From Takakia lepidozioides (taxonomy: Eukaryota > Plantae > Bryophyta), in NCBI GenBank assembly GCA_030704615.1, contig CM060732.1, positions 10,912,001 through 10,976,000 on the forward strand: a stretch of DNA of 64,000 nucleotides. Direction: 5' to 3'. A model generated the notes under the pieces. The model did no database searches and was not told the DNA's origin. It was given only the letters and a program-made list of their open reading frames with translations. Of this stretch, positions 1-13,395 are shown piece by piece. Both the position numbers and the translations under genes were made by a program. Each line of letters opens with the position of its first letter. Positions within the stretch are counted from its first letter, which is position 1.

Positions 1-480
1 TGGAGTGGCAATATAAAAGGTCTAATTCAGGTCTGTCAATTGCGCAATCCAATGAGGCATCGAGTGACAGGCAGCCCTGCCGGTTGAGCTCTTGTAGCTC
101 TCTTAATTTTCCGATGGACTGGTACATTCTTGATACATACACAGTTTGATAGAGTCAACCTCAGCAACCCTCCCAGTTCCCCAAGAGACTCTGGTAGATT
201 CCTAGTGGAGTCAAAATACTCGAAGGTAAGTAAGCTCTTGCAAGTCCCAGCTCGGATTTACAATGGAAAATGGCAGACTTCTGATACTCATGCAATCAGT
301 AAGAGTTAGCTTTCGGAGCCCTCCGAACACTCCAATACAGATGGGAAGGCTTTCAAGTGACTTACATTGTGGGAGGTCTAGCTCCTCATGCCTCCCAACC
401 CATGCCCAATGGATTTTTGGAGGTTTTTCAGACTTGTACAATTAGCAAGCTGTAGCTTTAAAAGCCCCAATGAAATACAG
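1..480 (-). pseudogene. Degenerate NLR-type leucine-rich-repeat fragment
   Basis: Minus-strand pieces read LQLANCTSLKNL, EELDLPQCKSLESLPICIG, LRKLTLTDCMSIRSLPFSI, RNLPESLG and IGKLRELQEL. These fit the LxLxxCxxLxxLPxxIG repeat of plant NB-LRR proteins but are scattered over several frames with stops. Confidence 0.65.
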
Positions 481-1143
481 AAAGTACAGAAAGTATGTGA
501 CTGTTGAGGTGCAATGGCCACATAGCCCTCACCCTCGAACCTCCCTGCTCTTTGACTGTTGGGGGAACTTCTTATAATCGGTCAATTTCAATTGTCCATT
601 CAACTCTGGCGTCCTAGAGACAGATCTCATTCAAAATTCTGTGCTGTTTCTAATCTCAGACTCTTATCATCTCTGGTCCGCTACTCGATCAGTTTCCGAG
701 GTTTCAGAACCCAGGAGTGGGAGTCTGGGAACTTTGAACCATGCAGGCCATGCCCAATGCCACCCAAGCAGACCTGACAACACACTATGTAGATCACCAA
801 ACCACAGACCGCATAAGGCATTGGAATTGCTAGCTGCAGCCTCCATTCTTCTGGAATTTGCCCGGAGTGGCAGTATTGGCCTTTCATTTGCCTTTTCCTT
901 TCAGATCTTCATCCTCAAGTCTAATGAAACAAAGAATTTTTGGCCTGCATTCTGGACGTTGTTCTTCTTTGGAGATTTGATATTAACAGGCAGGTAAAAG
1001 AAGGGATGTGCATCATCCACCATGCAGAAAAAATTGCATGTGGTAAGGTCATACCAAGATCTCCAGCAATCTCACCTTCCTGCTAGATGATCCAAGTGAG
1101 AAAACTCAGCAGCCTCTCGTCTATGCGATCTGCAAATCCCCTA

Positions 1144-4100
1144 TCACAACGCTGACTCTTCCTCGTCTTCTCCACTACCCTCTTCCTCCCCACTATTACT
1201 AGCACTATCAATCCCATCAATCTCTTCAACATCTAGCCCTATGACCTTTTCCCCATTTACATGAAGTGCATCGATAACAGCAGCATCAGCTGCCAGGACA
1301 TCATCTGAAGACGTCATTGATCCTTGAACGACACTGTCGCCGCTGGCAGCTTCCTGTGTCACCCAATCAAAAAACTCCAGCTCATTTGCAGGCCATTCTA
1401 ACAGGAACGAGTTGTTAACAAAAAACCTGAAACACTGCAAGATATGACTTTTATCACGCCGTATGCCGGAGTCCAACAGCTTGGCAAGCAAAGTGGGCGG
1501 ACGCTTACTAGGGAGCCCCACTCTCTGGTTTCCTCCTTTGCCATCTTTAAGACCTTTATCTCCTGCAGCCTTTCCCCTTGGCCGACGATCATGCACATAA
1601 TGGCATCTGGCTCCCTTTTTGCAAAGACCACGTTGGTGGAAGTAGCAAGGTTGGTCAGAGGTCTTCCGTGGCCCCCTCTTCAACTCTTCTTTTTTAGAAC
1701 TATCAACTATGGATGCTGAACCCGACACTCCTACTGTTGAGATCTCTTCCTGTAACACCTGTGCTCCTTCAGCTACAATATCCCCAGTGCTCACAACCCG
1801 GGGTGCATGGTGCATGGAACCATTCATCACAGCCGAAGACTCAACATTTACATGTGCTACATTGGCTGGCCTCTCTTGCATGGAACCATTCACCACAGCT
1901 GAAGACTCAACATGTACACGTGCTAACTTGGCTGGCTGTTCTTCATCTTCTCTTCCGTCATTTCTCTCCCTGAGTTCGATGTCTTCATTATTGGAACGCT
2001 CCCTCTTTACTCCGTTAGCTGGGCTCTGCTTTAAGGTACTTGGGGTGGACAGGGATCCATTGGAGACTTGGCTTTGAATAGTGCCCCCAGCCACTGGCCT
2101 GGGATGGCCATCCACAGAATGGTCCCTATGGCCCCGGCCCCGTCCTCGCCCAGCCCCGAAAGTATCATAATGGTCTGACATATAATAGGCTGGAACTTCA
2201 GCCACTGGGACACCCAACTCAGCCTGCCTCGCCAACACCTCCTTTAACCTCTGCACAGCCCATTCCCTCTAGCAACGAGCATTAGAGAAATACAGAGATG
2301 ACACTAATTAGAGTTGCATAAGTTGACCCTGGTGATCTGGTGAGTCATAGTTCTCGGTTCATGAGTTCAACTTCAAGCTCCTTCAATGATCAATGCAACA
2401 ACATCCTGTGGTACAAAGCTACAGTAGGAAACTTCACCTGACGTCGTTTCCTCGCATCCTCATCAATCAGCTCCCCACGTGCCTCTTTGGATCGTATCTC
2501 TTCTGCCTACAGAGCCCCCCATTCCATCTCATCAATTCAGGAGATGCCCTACTATTTCTCTAGATTTCTCTTGATAGAAAAATAAATTTTCTGACCTATG
2601 TTGTCTCTAGCAGCAGCGGATCTGTCCGACGATGACCCCCTAGAAAATTAAAATAACCAACCTTGCGTTGGATGTTTGTGGGCGTAGGATAATTCTTCTT
2701 GCGCTCTTCACGCCATCTTCTGACTTCATCTTCAGTCTCTTTTGAGCGTAAGGCTGCAGCCCTGTGTATGAAGTAAATGTAAGTATGATGCAAAGTTTTA
2801 AATACAAACATCAAGTATTTGAACTTAACCAAGGCCAAAACTGAGCTGGACAACTATTAGGTGCTCATAAGGTTTCAGAGCACAAAAGAAATTTTACTGA
2901 ATGCCACTACCTGCAACAATAGCTATGATACCCTTACAACACAGACCCTAAGAAGACCCCAGAGCCAGTCATGAGGACCTTGCGACAGAATTCAGCTTGA
3001 AATTGTCTCAGCACTTGCGCACAGACCGTCATTAAAGATATACACCAATACAAGAGCCTGGTAACCTCTGGACTCACATTTGCATGGTAACCAACAAAGA
3101 TAAAATGAGAGCCCGTGAAAAAGAGCAGATCAACTTAAGTACTTTGGGCATTTGTAGCTGAGGGCTCAACCATGCATGGCATTGTCATGTGGACAGTAAG
3201 GGAGGCACAAGATGAACATACTTGACAGCAGTAGCTGAAAGAGGACCACTACGCTTGCCATGTACGGTTTGCCTGTGCTCCTTAACCATCTTTCCTGAAA
3301 GGCACTCACCAAAATGCTTCAGTCAAAAGAAACAAACAAACCAATGGACTTTGAAAGTTGGGACTCCTCCATCTTTGATACCTTTGTGTGATGAGGAACT
3401 TTGTGAAGAGGGTTTCTAATGAATTTGCATCAGGAGTCATGGCCCACTAAGATTTAGAAAAGGAGAGCAGAGGTCATCACCAGACATTGGCATTGTGGTC
3501 CAGATCTTCCTCAATGAGGCTAGTTCAAACTGAAGCACAATCGACTCCCCATAAACCCTACTAAAACTTGTTTAAGGTTGTGTGCAATCTCACCAGACGC
3601 TGAGAACGAGCAGCCAGGCTCTTCACACTGGACATGAGTACTCAAGTGGGCCGTCATTTGTGACGCAACTATAAAAGTTTTCTCACATGCTTGACACCTC
3701 AACTCCTTTGCCTGCGATCTGCAAGAGTCCCATCAGACTAAATCCTAATCGTGCTGACATGAAAGCCAGCGTTATGAGCAAGATACTAGTCTACTCTCGC
3801 AGCAAACTACCAGAGGATCCGTCCTTTCCGTCCTATCGGAAACCCATCCCCCCAACCAGCTGGAAGACTAGGAGGAACGATTCAAAGAATTACACCAAAC
3901 CTTACGATTGCAGGAATGCAACATCAAGAAATCATAAGAAACAAAGTAGAGACTTACGGTGCGGAAGCTTCTGATCGCCTTGACGCTGGAGGGCGAAGAG
4001 CCATATTGTTTAGAGAAGTCCTACCTCCAGAAATGCCCCTACCTCTACCCATCCCCATCCCCCTTCCCTCGCTCCTCCCTCCCCTAAAACCAGAATTCCC

Positions 4101-4589
4101 ACCCCGGCTTCCACCCGCCCGACACTCTGCAGGTCCACCTCCACCACTGACTCCAAAATCCAAAGGAGGACGATGGACATCCGGTGCTCGATGAGCTTCC
4201 GGGCCCAAGAATGGGGCGCCCCCGTGCCACATACCAGAAGGCGCTACCCTCTCTTGGGCATAGCCCCACTGTGGCATGTGTTGGAAATTGTCCCCTCTGG
4301 AGACAATCTGCGGCCATGATTGCGGAACCATGGGAATCCCTTGCAGTCCCATGGCAGGCGCCAAGTACTCACGTTGAGAAATCCCCATACAGCCTACGGG
4401 GACCCCCACAGCTGGGACTGAACCCAGAAACTGGTGCGGCAATTGTTGAACAGATTGTGCTTGCCCAACAGCATATTGCGGGTGCCGCAGGGCACCAGGA
4501 GGTGGGCCTGGTGATGAGCCATACATGCTCCGCTGTGCAGACCTCATGGAGAAGAGACGAGAAGACGAAGCCGGGAACAGCACAGGCAT
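1144..4589 (-). CDS. NUFIP1: NUFIP1/Rsa1-like box C/D snoRNP assembly factor with two C2H2 fingers and one CCCH finger (6 exons)
   Basis: Phase-compatible GT-AG exons: 4589 (or 4548)-3958, 3718-3594, 3294-3222, 2761-2662, 2506-2438, 2250-1144. Motifs: CQACEKTF..HLSTH, CEEPGCSF..H..H, the NUFIP1 signature WREERKKNYPT, CCCH finger CYFHQRGLCKKGARCHYVH and C-terminal PTLLAKLL..IRRD..HILQCFRFFVNNSF. Start codon uncertain. Confidence 0.85.
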
Positions 4590-5230
4590 GAAAAACCCAC
4601 ACGCCTATTTGGAGACTAGGGTTGTTAATTTCTGCACACTCCCAAAAACCCCAACACAAGCGTAATCCCGCCAGAATAGTAACTTAGATCCGTCTATATA
4701 AAATACCTTTGGTGACACCTGGATGCTGTCATCAAAACCCTAACTGGAGGTTGGTGGGTGAGCAGAAGGGGTCCACTGAGAAGATTCGTCCAGTCCTTTC
4801 TGCTCTTCTTGGGTATCTCCCCGCCTGCTATCGTTCATAGCAGTTGGTGCTTTGTGAGTTGGTTGTGATCTGCTTGGTGCTGCTGCTCGTCTTCAGTACT
4901 TGCTTCCAGACAAGATACGCGTCTGGGGGTGTGGGTTTTCCCATTTTGGGTATCTCTACCGTGCTTTCCAATATCCGTATCCCTTCCTCCTCTGGCCAAC
5001 TCCGCATGTGACTCCGGTTGATGCCCACCCCATTGGTCGTCTCAATCTCGAAGTTTTTATTTCGTGTCCTGTCTACCCGCTTGACGATTAGAGGTGTCGT
5101 AGTCTCTCTCCGATTTGGAGACGCGAAGAGGCATTTTCAGTAGACAAGGGTGGAGTTATTTGTCAAGCAAAGATAAGTGCTATAGGTCAAGGCGAGGTGT
5201 GGATGTGCAATAGTGGGATCGAGCACGACA

Positions 5231-7066
5231 ATGCAGACGCAGGGGAACTATTCTTCTTATAACAACACAACCTCGAGTAATCCCGTGGCCTCTACATCGT
5301 CATCCGGGGCATCACGGCCACGGCAGGGATCGCCATTGCCACAGCCACCCACACCCCCCGGTGCACCCGATGTACGTGGACGGCATCGCAAGCGCGCAGA
5401 ACTGCAGCGTCTTACACAGGAAATCCGAATGCTTCAGGTGCGTTTGAGTCTTCTACCCAATGTGACACCCTAATAAGAGGGAGGTATTCAGCAATGTGAT
5501 GAAACGCTGGCTGGAATAGTCTGCGAGCTGATCAACTGTGCAGTCCCAGGCATGTGGTTGCAAAGCGACAGTTTGAGTTGGAACGGTGATCATGACAAAG
5601 CAGCGAAAATTAACGTTAAAAGATTTGAGCACAGTAGACTACGTATTGCTGGATGATTCGGTATGTAGAAGCTGGAGTTCAAGTCCAGTGGTTGCTAGGA
5701 AGCTCAGCTTAGGCAAGCTTGTTCAGTGGCTTTTGACTTTTCCTTGCATACAGGACGAATCTGCTTGTGGCTTTTTTTAGGATTTGAAGAAAACCAGCTT
5801 CCGCAAAGGAATCTTATTGACATCCGTCAGAGCCCAGCCAAGCAAAGACAGGTTATTAGCTGGGAATGAAGCAAACTCGTTTGCACAGATAGGACACTTG
5901 TGGTTTTGTGGTCCGGGATGTGGCATGATGGGACTATCAGCATGAATGTCTGCCAGGAGTAGTTCCTGTGGCCTTTAATGAGTTGCAAGTGCCAGTGCTA
6001 TGCATCAGATGCTTCCTTTGTTGCTTTTGATCCTACCTAGTGACACATCCTCGCAAGCATCCATATCACATTTCCTTTTGGAATGGAGTTGCCCTATCAC
6101 AGTACAACTTTAATCTATGAAGATCAAGGCTCTTAGTAAAAGCTTTAACCGTGGGCAAGCTCTGCTACAGCAGGGCTGTCTCAAAATACTTCTTGCTCTC
6201 TTTTTTTAGTGCTATTTTACCCATTTTACATGTATAGCAGAGAGAGCACCCAATGCGTCCTTAAAACAAGAACTGGTGGATATTCCAGAGAATCATGTAC
6301 TTTGTGGAGCAGACACAAGCATAGAGTGACACTGCCTGTATAGGCCTGTCTATTTCTATTGGTTGGCCCTGTCCTTACATGTTTCCTGCATTTCACGATG
6401 GACAGCAAAACCCTTTTGTGAGGTTGATTTGCAGTTTCTTCACAAGTTAGACTATTTCTATAACTGTGGTGTTGTTTTTGGTTCGGATGCCTGCTGTAGA
6501 CCACATGGACAGTAGTACGACCCACAGTTGTGGAGCCTTGAAGTCATCTCAATCAGCACCTGATCTGCTGTTACCATAACATGCCTGTTTGAGTAACCAC
6601 CACATACTTGGCATGGCCCTTCACACTGACCTAGGTGACCATGTGAAGACCATCTCAGTTGCAGTTTCGGAAAAGTTCTAGAAACAGACAAGCAAGCTTC
6701 TAACAGTAGTGTGTCATGTATGTGACCACTGTTGTTCTCTGCGTGGTCAAGTTAATGTGGGCTTGTTGGTGGTGCCTGGCACTTTGTGTCTAAACATACG
6801 GTATGCGTGGATTAACAGGAGGAGTTGGACGCCATAGTGAGAATACCTCCTGCCTCCCAAGCTTGCAAAGAGTATGGTCTCTGCCTTGCATTGAGCATTA
6901 TCTTGCATCTGTGCAATCCCAGCATGTCACTTTTTGGAGGAAAAGAAAGGGGGTTGGCAACATACATTGTAGACTATGTGTTATGTGGAAGTGATGAAGT
7001 TTTGAAGTGGTATGGTGGCAGACTGGTGGCATTCATGGATAATTGCCCAGACCCTTTTCTTCCAAA
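5231..7066 (+). CDS. Heterotrimeric G-protein gamma subunit (first three exons; last exon not located)
   Basis: Exons 5231-5437 (..PDVRGRHRKRAELQRLTQEIRMLQ), 6819-6871 (EELDAIVRIPPASQACKE) and 7022-7066 (LVAFMDNCPDPFLP) splice in phase. They match the plant G-gamma pattern D.RG.HR..AEL.RL.QE...LEEEL......AS..CKE......PDP.LP. Confidence 0.85.
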
Positions 7067-10000
7067 GTAAGGTTTTCCAGCTGCTGACTCTGCCCTCTTT
7101 GGTCTGTCAGTTACATGTCTTTTTGTTGCCTGTACACTAATCATAGTTAGCACATTTGTATCGTGTAAGCATCTAGTAGTCAATGGTGTATTAGTGAAAC
7201 CTTGTCCAGGGAACTTGGGAGTAAGTAATTTCCTTCCATTGGGTTGATTAAATAGTCTTGTTGAGGCCCATGAAGCGGCAGCTGTTAAACTAGCTTTCGC
7301 TAAAGCCAGGTGAAATACAGCTCTTGGAATAGACACGGGAGGTCCACCTCACAAGGGGGAGGAGACTCCTCAAATCAATTCACATGAGTCAAAATTTTGT
7401 GATTTTGAGTTGTACACAGGGGGTTGCAAGTAAACACACCACTTAAACAGTGTTGCTGGTGTGAGTTTGTTAGCTGTTGTCTCAGAAGCTGATCAGCTTA
7501 GACTTCTACGGAGATAGGAGCTGAGCAAGTATCTGCTGGAGCTATGTAAAACTGCTGCTGAGAATTATGTTGGGATGGTTGCAGCTCACAAGGGGTGGAT
7601 TCAGCAAGGCAACGATGGTTTGACCCACCTGTGGAATCAAAGCGCTGTTGTTGGAAGTCATAGCCGGTTACTTTGTGTTAACTACACCATTAATTTGCAT
7701 GACGGATGTAGCTGCCTTGCACCAGCAGCAATTCTTCCTGGCTTCCTTTATTGTGCAGCTTGAAGGGCGTCTCGCAGTGGGAGGGTGGGCTCTGACTATT
7801 TGTGCTGCAAATATTAGTACCCGCGGACTGGCTACCTATGGTACTAATCAGCCGGTTGCATGGTCGCACATGCGATGGCCACATATGAGGGCACAATGAA
7901 GCGACAACTCATAAGTTTGCTTCCCTTTGTTTATTGTGGGCAGCAAATAGGTTATACATCACTTTTGTCTCTTGATTCTGGCTAAGTTTCTGAAAATCAA
8001 ATTTGGCATTGTCATTGAGTAATACTTTTGATCCTGAATCATCAGTTTGCAATCCACCCTGTCTATTTGAATGCGTAAAGCATATTACTGTGAGTCCCTT
8101 AAATGCCCAGCTGTAGGCACTAAACTTTTGCAGTGTTGGGCCCCTCAAAAGCTCACCGGGCAATCCCTTGCCTACCTATCCTCTCTATCTTTGACTGGAG
8201 ACAAACAACCCCAGCCTTCCTTCCACACAACGGAAAAACACACATCCTGGACATAATTGTCTGACTTTGTCAATAATGGGAACTATACAGTTCAACATAA
8301 TTCAAATGTCATTTATAAAGACTCTGTTAGATTACTGGATTGTCTGTTGCTAATCTGGTACATATTTCAAATTTGTGGCCTAAGAGCAGCCTTCCATGTA
8401 CCCGGCCCAGGGAGGATACGGACAAAAATGGCTATTCTTTTCACTTCCATGCATGGGGCGGCGGGCCCAGTACCGCGAGTTGATTACAGCATGTACTTGC
8501 CTGCCACGTCCTGCTAAAGTCACTCTCGTATCTGCAGTACCCTCTACCACGTCATGCTAAAGTCCAAATCTATTACTCGGCCGCAGAGAGCTCCGCATGA
8601 CATTGGAAATTCTTTGAGTGAACCCAGCCATTTGTTTTTAGCACCCGGCAAATTCATTTTTCTGGGGCCGAGCTCCTCCCACATGGAAGGACACTCTAAG
8701 CCTCACCTTTATATATATATAATTGGAGTGTTGAATCTCAGTGCCAAACGTGATTTGGCTACGAAGCATGGGAGCATGAGTCAGCACAGCTCTTTCTATC
8801 TGCACTGACTCAGAAGGTGAAGGATGCATTGGCTGCCTTGCGTGTCCTGGGACTTCGGTTGATCAAAAGTTTACATAAACCTAGTTGATATCGGCGTCGG
8901 TATAAAGTGCTGTGTGTGGCCATTAAGGCCAATGAGCATCCCCCTTGATTAGAAGGGGAATGCAATGTGTCTCTTTCTCTTTGTCTCTGTACGATCTGTC
9001 TGTGTTGGTTTGGAGACATTCAAAGACCTTCGTTGATTGCCATGTCGGGGTGCGGCAACCCCAACTGCGGCTAATAGCTGTGGCTCGAGCAGTAAGTAAG
9101 ATCCCTCTTTGGCCGGTGTGGGTTTGTTCGCATGCCACAAGGACAGCAGTAACGTTCATGCGTCAATTGCCAGGAAGTTCCTTCAAATATTGAATGATGA
9201 AGAGGGGTTTTGCAACTTGTAGAGCTCGTTCTCTGATGCCAGTATCCCTGAACTCAATTCACGTCTGGTAAGAGGTGAAGGTTTCAAATAGAATCCTTTT
9301 GTTGGTCCGACAGATTGGTGATTTGCAGAAGCAGATTTGGGTAGAGTTGTTATTTCAAAGGCTTTCAAGATTTTCGGGTCATATACAGCCTTGCTTCAAT
9401 TCCATGGAGTCCTCTTAACATACGACAAATGGTGCAGATGAGCAAGCTGAGTATGATGAACTTGTGCCGGTGACCACCGAGGGATACAGGTAAGCGCGTC
9501 GAGCGGTTTGCTGTGGCTTTTTAACTTATGAAAGTAGCTCCAGGCTCAATGTTCCGGTACAATGTGCTTACAGTTTCATTATGGAATGACCGCATCAATG
9601 TTGTTTGGAAATGTATTTGAGATGTCGGCAATAACTTAGAGGAAGCATGCCGCTTTGATCCTGTATTTTATGCACTGCTTGCAATTCACAATCCAACTAT
9701 GGTAGCTGTTATCGGAGGTGCACTCTGCATAGTCATGAGTTCTTACGTTTACTTTGACAGATCTGTGCTAAGTTTCATGAATTGTGCAACTGCAGCTACA
9801 CAACGCTATGGTCTGCAACAACTGTGGAAACAGCCCATGGTCCTGCACATAGCTATCTCCATGCAGTAGAGAAGGCTCGTAGAAGGGGAAGCCGTATGCC
9901 CAGAAGGCCATGGCACTGTACACATAGTCTCCATCGGTTATCGAGATAGCTATACAAATCTGCTCTGTTCTTTATATATGACCTGCGAACTTGGTGAGCT

Positions 10001-12369
10001 ACTGGCCCGAGAGATCAGGCAGAGATAGGCAGAGATCATGCAACTAGCCTGTTTTCTTATAAAAGCTTACTACGGATGTAACGTTTTTCGATACCACTAC
10101 TGTCTTTTGTAGTACAAAAATCTAGAAGACGAGCCCATAGATGAAAGTGCTCCTCATGGGTGTGCAAAATTGTCTGAGCATAACGTACCGGAAGGTGCGT
10201 CTCGTGTGCCAGACCTCGCTAAGGATAGATGGTCTTGAGAGACTCTACTGTGCAGTTTGGCAGAAATGGCCTAATGCGGAAACGGCCAGTTATATAGATC
10301 ATCTTCTTTACGCAATTGGCAGTGATTATAAGCACAGGTTTTATATCACTGCGATTTGCAACTACACAGTACTTGTATCAGCTTTTGATATCAATGTCGA
10401 CAAATAGAGTCATGTGTGATACAATTTTTTCCATGTAAATGGATCCCTTGCTGCAGTCGACTGGAATCTACGGTGTGTTATGACGCCTGTTTGCGTGACG
10501 ACAATGCAATCTCACCATACACATGGCTTCCGCTCCAACAAATCTTCTGTCTGAAGTACAGGTCTATGCAACTTCCTGATAGTCCCCCAAGAAAGCCAGG
10601 CTGAGATGTGAATAGAAGGCCGGAACGACTTTGCAAGTAACATAGAGTCAAATTTGTGTAAGACCTTTGCTACGTGGCCAGACAAGACTCTTGCACATTC
10701 ACCTGTTGGGCTTCCGTAAGCTACCCACTGGCAGAGAGGTATCCTTGAGCAAAGAATGAGACCACTTTCTGAAAGAGTCAGTGCAAGTTACCACCTGCGA
10801 TACAGTGTAAAGCATTTGAGCTTTGTTTTCACTAGTCCCCTCTTTATTGATTCAGGTAGTGTGACCGCAAGCCATTACCAAATTTGCAGAAGTTGGCACT
10901 TTGTAATTTGCAGAGATTACACCACGAGCTAATATTGTGGGGATTGCTTACTCAAAACTTGTAGCACAAATTCCAATCACCCTTTCTAAGCAGAAATCTT
11001 TAGCCATCCAAAGGAAAAAGTATAGTAGTTTTTTCAGGCCACGTGAACACCAAGCTCAACATGTTGTGGCCTTTTTCTTTCAATGTTTTGGAAGGGAAAA
11101 ATTTTACCGCCCTCAGTCATAAATATCTTTGCACCGTACAATGGCCCCACTACAAGATTCCCACCATCAAGTCATCGTTGTAGCTCAGCCCTAGTACTAT
11201 CTTACGTGTCTGCCTCACTTCTCACAGCAAGCTTCTGGATAGTGGGGGCGAAGAACTCATCAAGAGTAGTCACTAACTTACGAGTAGGCTACTATGCCAT
11301 GTCGGGAGAAGACAACTGAGTGGAAGTGAAGGGGAAAGAGGGGGACTCAGGAGAGAGCCGGAAAATATTTGGCGAGCGACAGCACACCAGGCTTTCAGTG
11401 CTTATTCATTAAGATTGAGTCTACTGGCAGTTTGTTGCAATAGTCTCTTACAAAACTCAGAGGCGACAATCTAGAAAATTTGGAATTAGATCCTCAGTTA
11501 CCATAAAGTGATTGGTGCAACAGTTAGCTGTCGAAATAAAAAACATAGAAACAGAAACCTGTCTCCTTGCTATCTGTTCGAGGATGGAGTGTGCTATTAA
11601 GGACAATCGCCATAGAACACGACTTCCTGATGTTGTGTCAAGGGTAACTTCAACTTGCAGATAGATCAGTATGTATTGCCATCAGAAGTAAACCAATGTT
11701 GCCTGAGGAATTCAGAACAGAACAGACATTCCCCATCCAAGTACATGCTTCAAACACTGTAAATTGAAATTGACGTTAAAGGAGAACATCAAGCTTCCAA
11801 GCCCCAATGCTCCATTATCACCAGTGCACGGTTAGGACAGAATGCATCCCACATAACACTTGTGATCCGATATAAAACATGCTTTCTGGGAGTAAGAATG
11901 CACCATCAAGACCACACAAGACTCGAAACAATGTACAAGAACTAAGCATTGAGCAAGGCCAGCAGCCCCCGAGATTGGCAGCTCTGCCTTTTATTGTGTT
12001 GATGACGGTCACATATTGATATGATCAACCCTTTGTCAAAGAATGATTGTGCCATTCAAATGGCTACAAAGAACATAATAATCTACAACTGCTGCTGTCT
12101 GTGTATCGTCATAGGTATATGTCGTCAAGGACCTCTAAGAGTATAACATGTACAAGGAAAACTGTGCAGTGAGGTATGTACACTCTTCCACCATAAAAAC
12201 TGCTAGAAATCTGTGTTCTTCCGGTAACTTCGAAGCCCTGCAGAGTGCCGCTATTGGAGAGTCACTTGGTTCTACAATGCCCAATTGCACCAGGGATTAC
12301 TCTCTTGCGAGCCGATGTCCGTCTGTGTCTAACAATCCCTCGCTCCGAGAGACCCTCAGCAAGAAACAT

Positions 12370-13395
12370 TTAGGAGGGAGGCGAACAAGCAAGGGTCGAC
12401 GGATCCCAAAGGGCAGGCAACAAGTACTTGCTACCGTTGCTGCCCGCTGCGTTGTAACTCGCACCAGTGATTGCGTCCTGCAACAGTTTTCCGGGGTATC
12501 CTGGGTATGCTCCAATGCCATAGATTCCGGTGCAGGCTGTGGCCGCCTCCAATGGAGCTGCAGCATCACCCTGGTAGTACCCATTATTGAATGGATCGGT
12601 CGCAGTGCCCGCAAGCATGCTTCCGACGTTGATCACCATCCCGTCCATACCCACATCCCCATTGGGAGGAATCAGAGCTTTGGCTCCCTTTGGCCCATAC
12701 TGAGGGAGGGCGAACGGCCAAGCGCACTGTCCAGGGCACTGTGTGGCTGAGTTTCCAACCCAGGCGAAAGGTAATTTATGTCCCTGCGTTGAAGGTGATG
12801 GAGTCGTGAAGAAATGGGACGCACAGGTGTTCATGCAGAAGCCATCCACATAGACATCATCTGCAGTAAGCACAAGGTAGATTGCCTTCGTATCCGTGGG
12901 GAACGTAGCCAGAGACTTCACGACCAAAGCTTCAATGTCGGTCGACTTGAGATTCTTCCCCAAAGAGTAAGCGCCGTCGGAGATCTCCGAGCCCATCTGG
13001 ACTGCTGTCGCCACGCCAGCATTGGACGCATCCTTGTAGTGTGAGGTCTTTGACCACCAGTTGCTCACTGAGGGCCCGTTCGAGGCCGAATCTTGGAAAG
13101 AAGCCAGAAGGTTATGGACGACGGACTTCTGAGCGGGACTAAAGGTTCCATACCAGATAACATAGACCTGGAGACTTGAAATGCCAGAAAGAAGGGGACC
13201 GTTATGGTAGGGCAGTATGAGAGGATTGTTCACCAGGGTCGAGAGCTTCCGGGTCGGGCCCGTGTTCTGGGGTGTTTGCGATTCCAGAATGGAAAAGAGG
13301 GGGGAGGGCCGGGCATCAGCAATAAGGACTATGCACATCAGCAAGGAAAGAACAGCAACTGAAGTCCCAACTTTGTGCGCTAGAGTGGAACCCAT
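12370..13395 (-). CDS. EXORDIUM / Phosphate-responsive 1 (Phi-1) family secreted protein, intronless
   Basis: A hydrophobic signal peptide follows the ATG at 13395. Family motifs: YHNGPLL, VIWYG.F...QK, PSVSNWW, LVLTADDV.VDGFC...C..H, WVGNS.TQCPGQCAWPF..P.YGP, PPNGDVGMDGMVIN, T.PF.NGYYQG...APLEA..AC.G.YG.GAYPGYPG, YLLPALWDP.T..C. Confidence 0.95.
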   Translation of the reverse strand: MGSTLAHKVGTSVAVLSLLMCIVLIADARPSPLFSILESQTPQNTGPTRKLSTLVNNPLILPYHNGPLLSGISSLQVYVIWYGTFSPAQKSVVHNLLASFQDSASNGPSVSNWWSKTSHYKDASNAGVATAVQMGSEISDGAYSLGKNLKSTDIEALVVKSLATFPTDTKAIYLVLTADDVYVDGFCMNTCASHFFTTPSPSTQGHKLPFAWVGNSATQCPGQCAWPFALPQYGPKGAKALIPPNGDVGMDGMVINVGSMLAGTATDPFNNGYYQGDAAAPLEAATACTGIYGIGAYPGYPGKLLQDAITGASYNAAGSNGSKYLLPALWDPSTLACSPPS

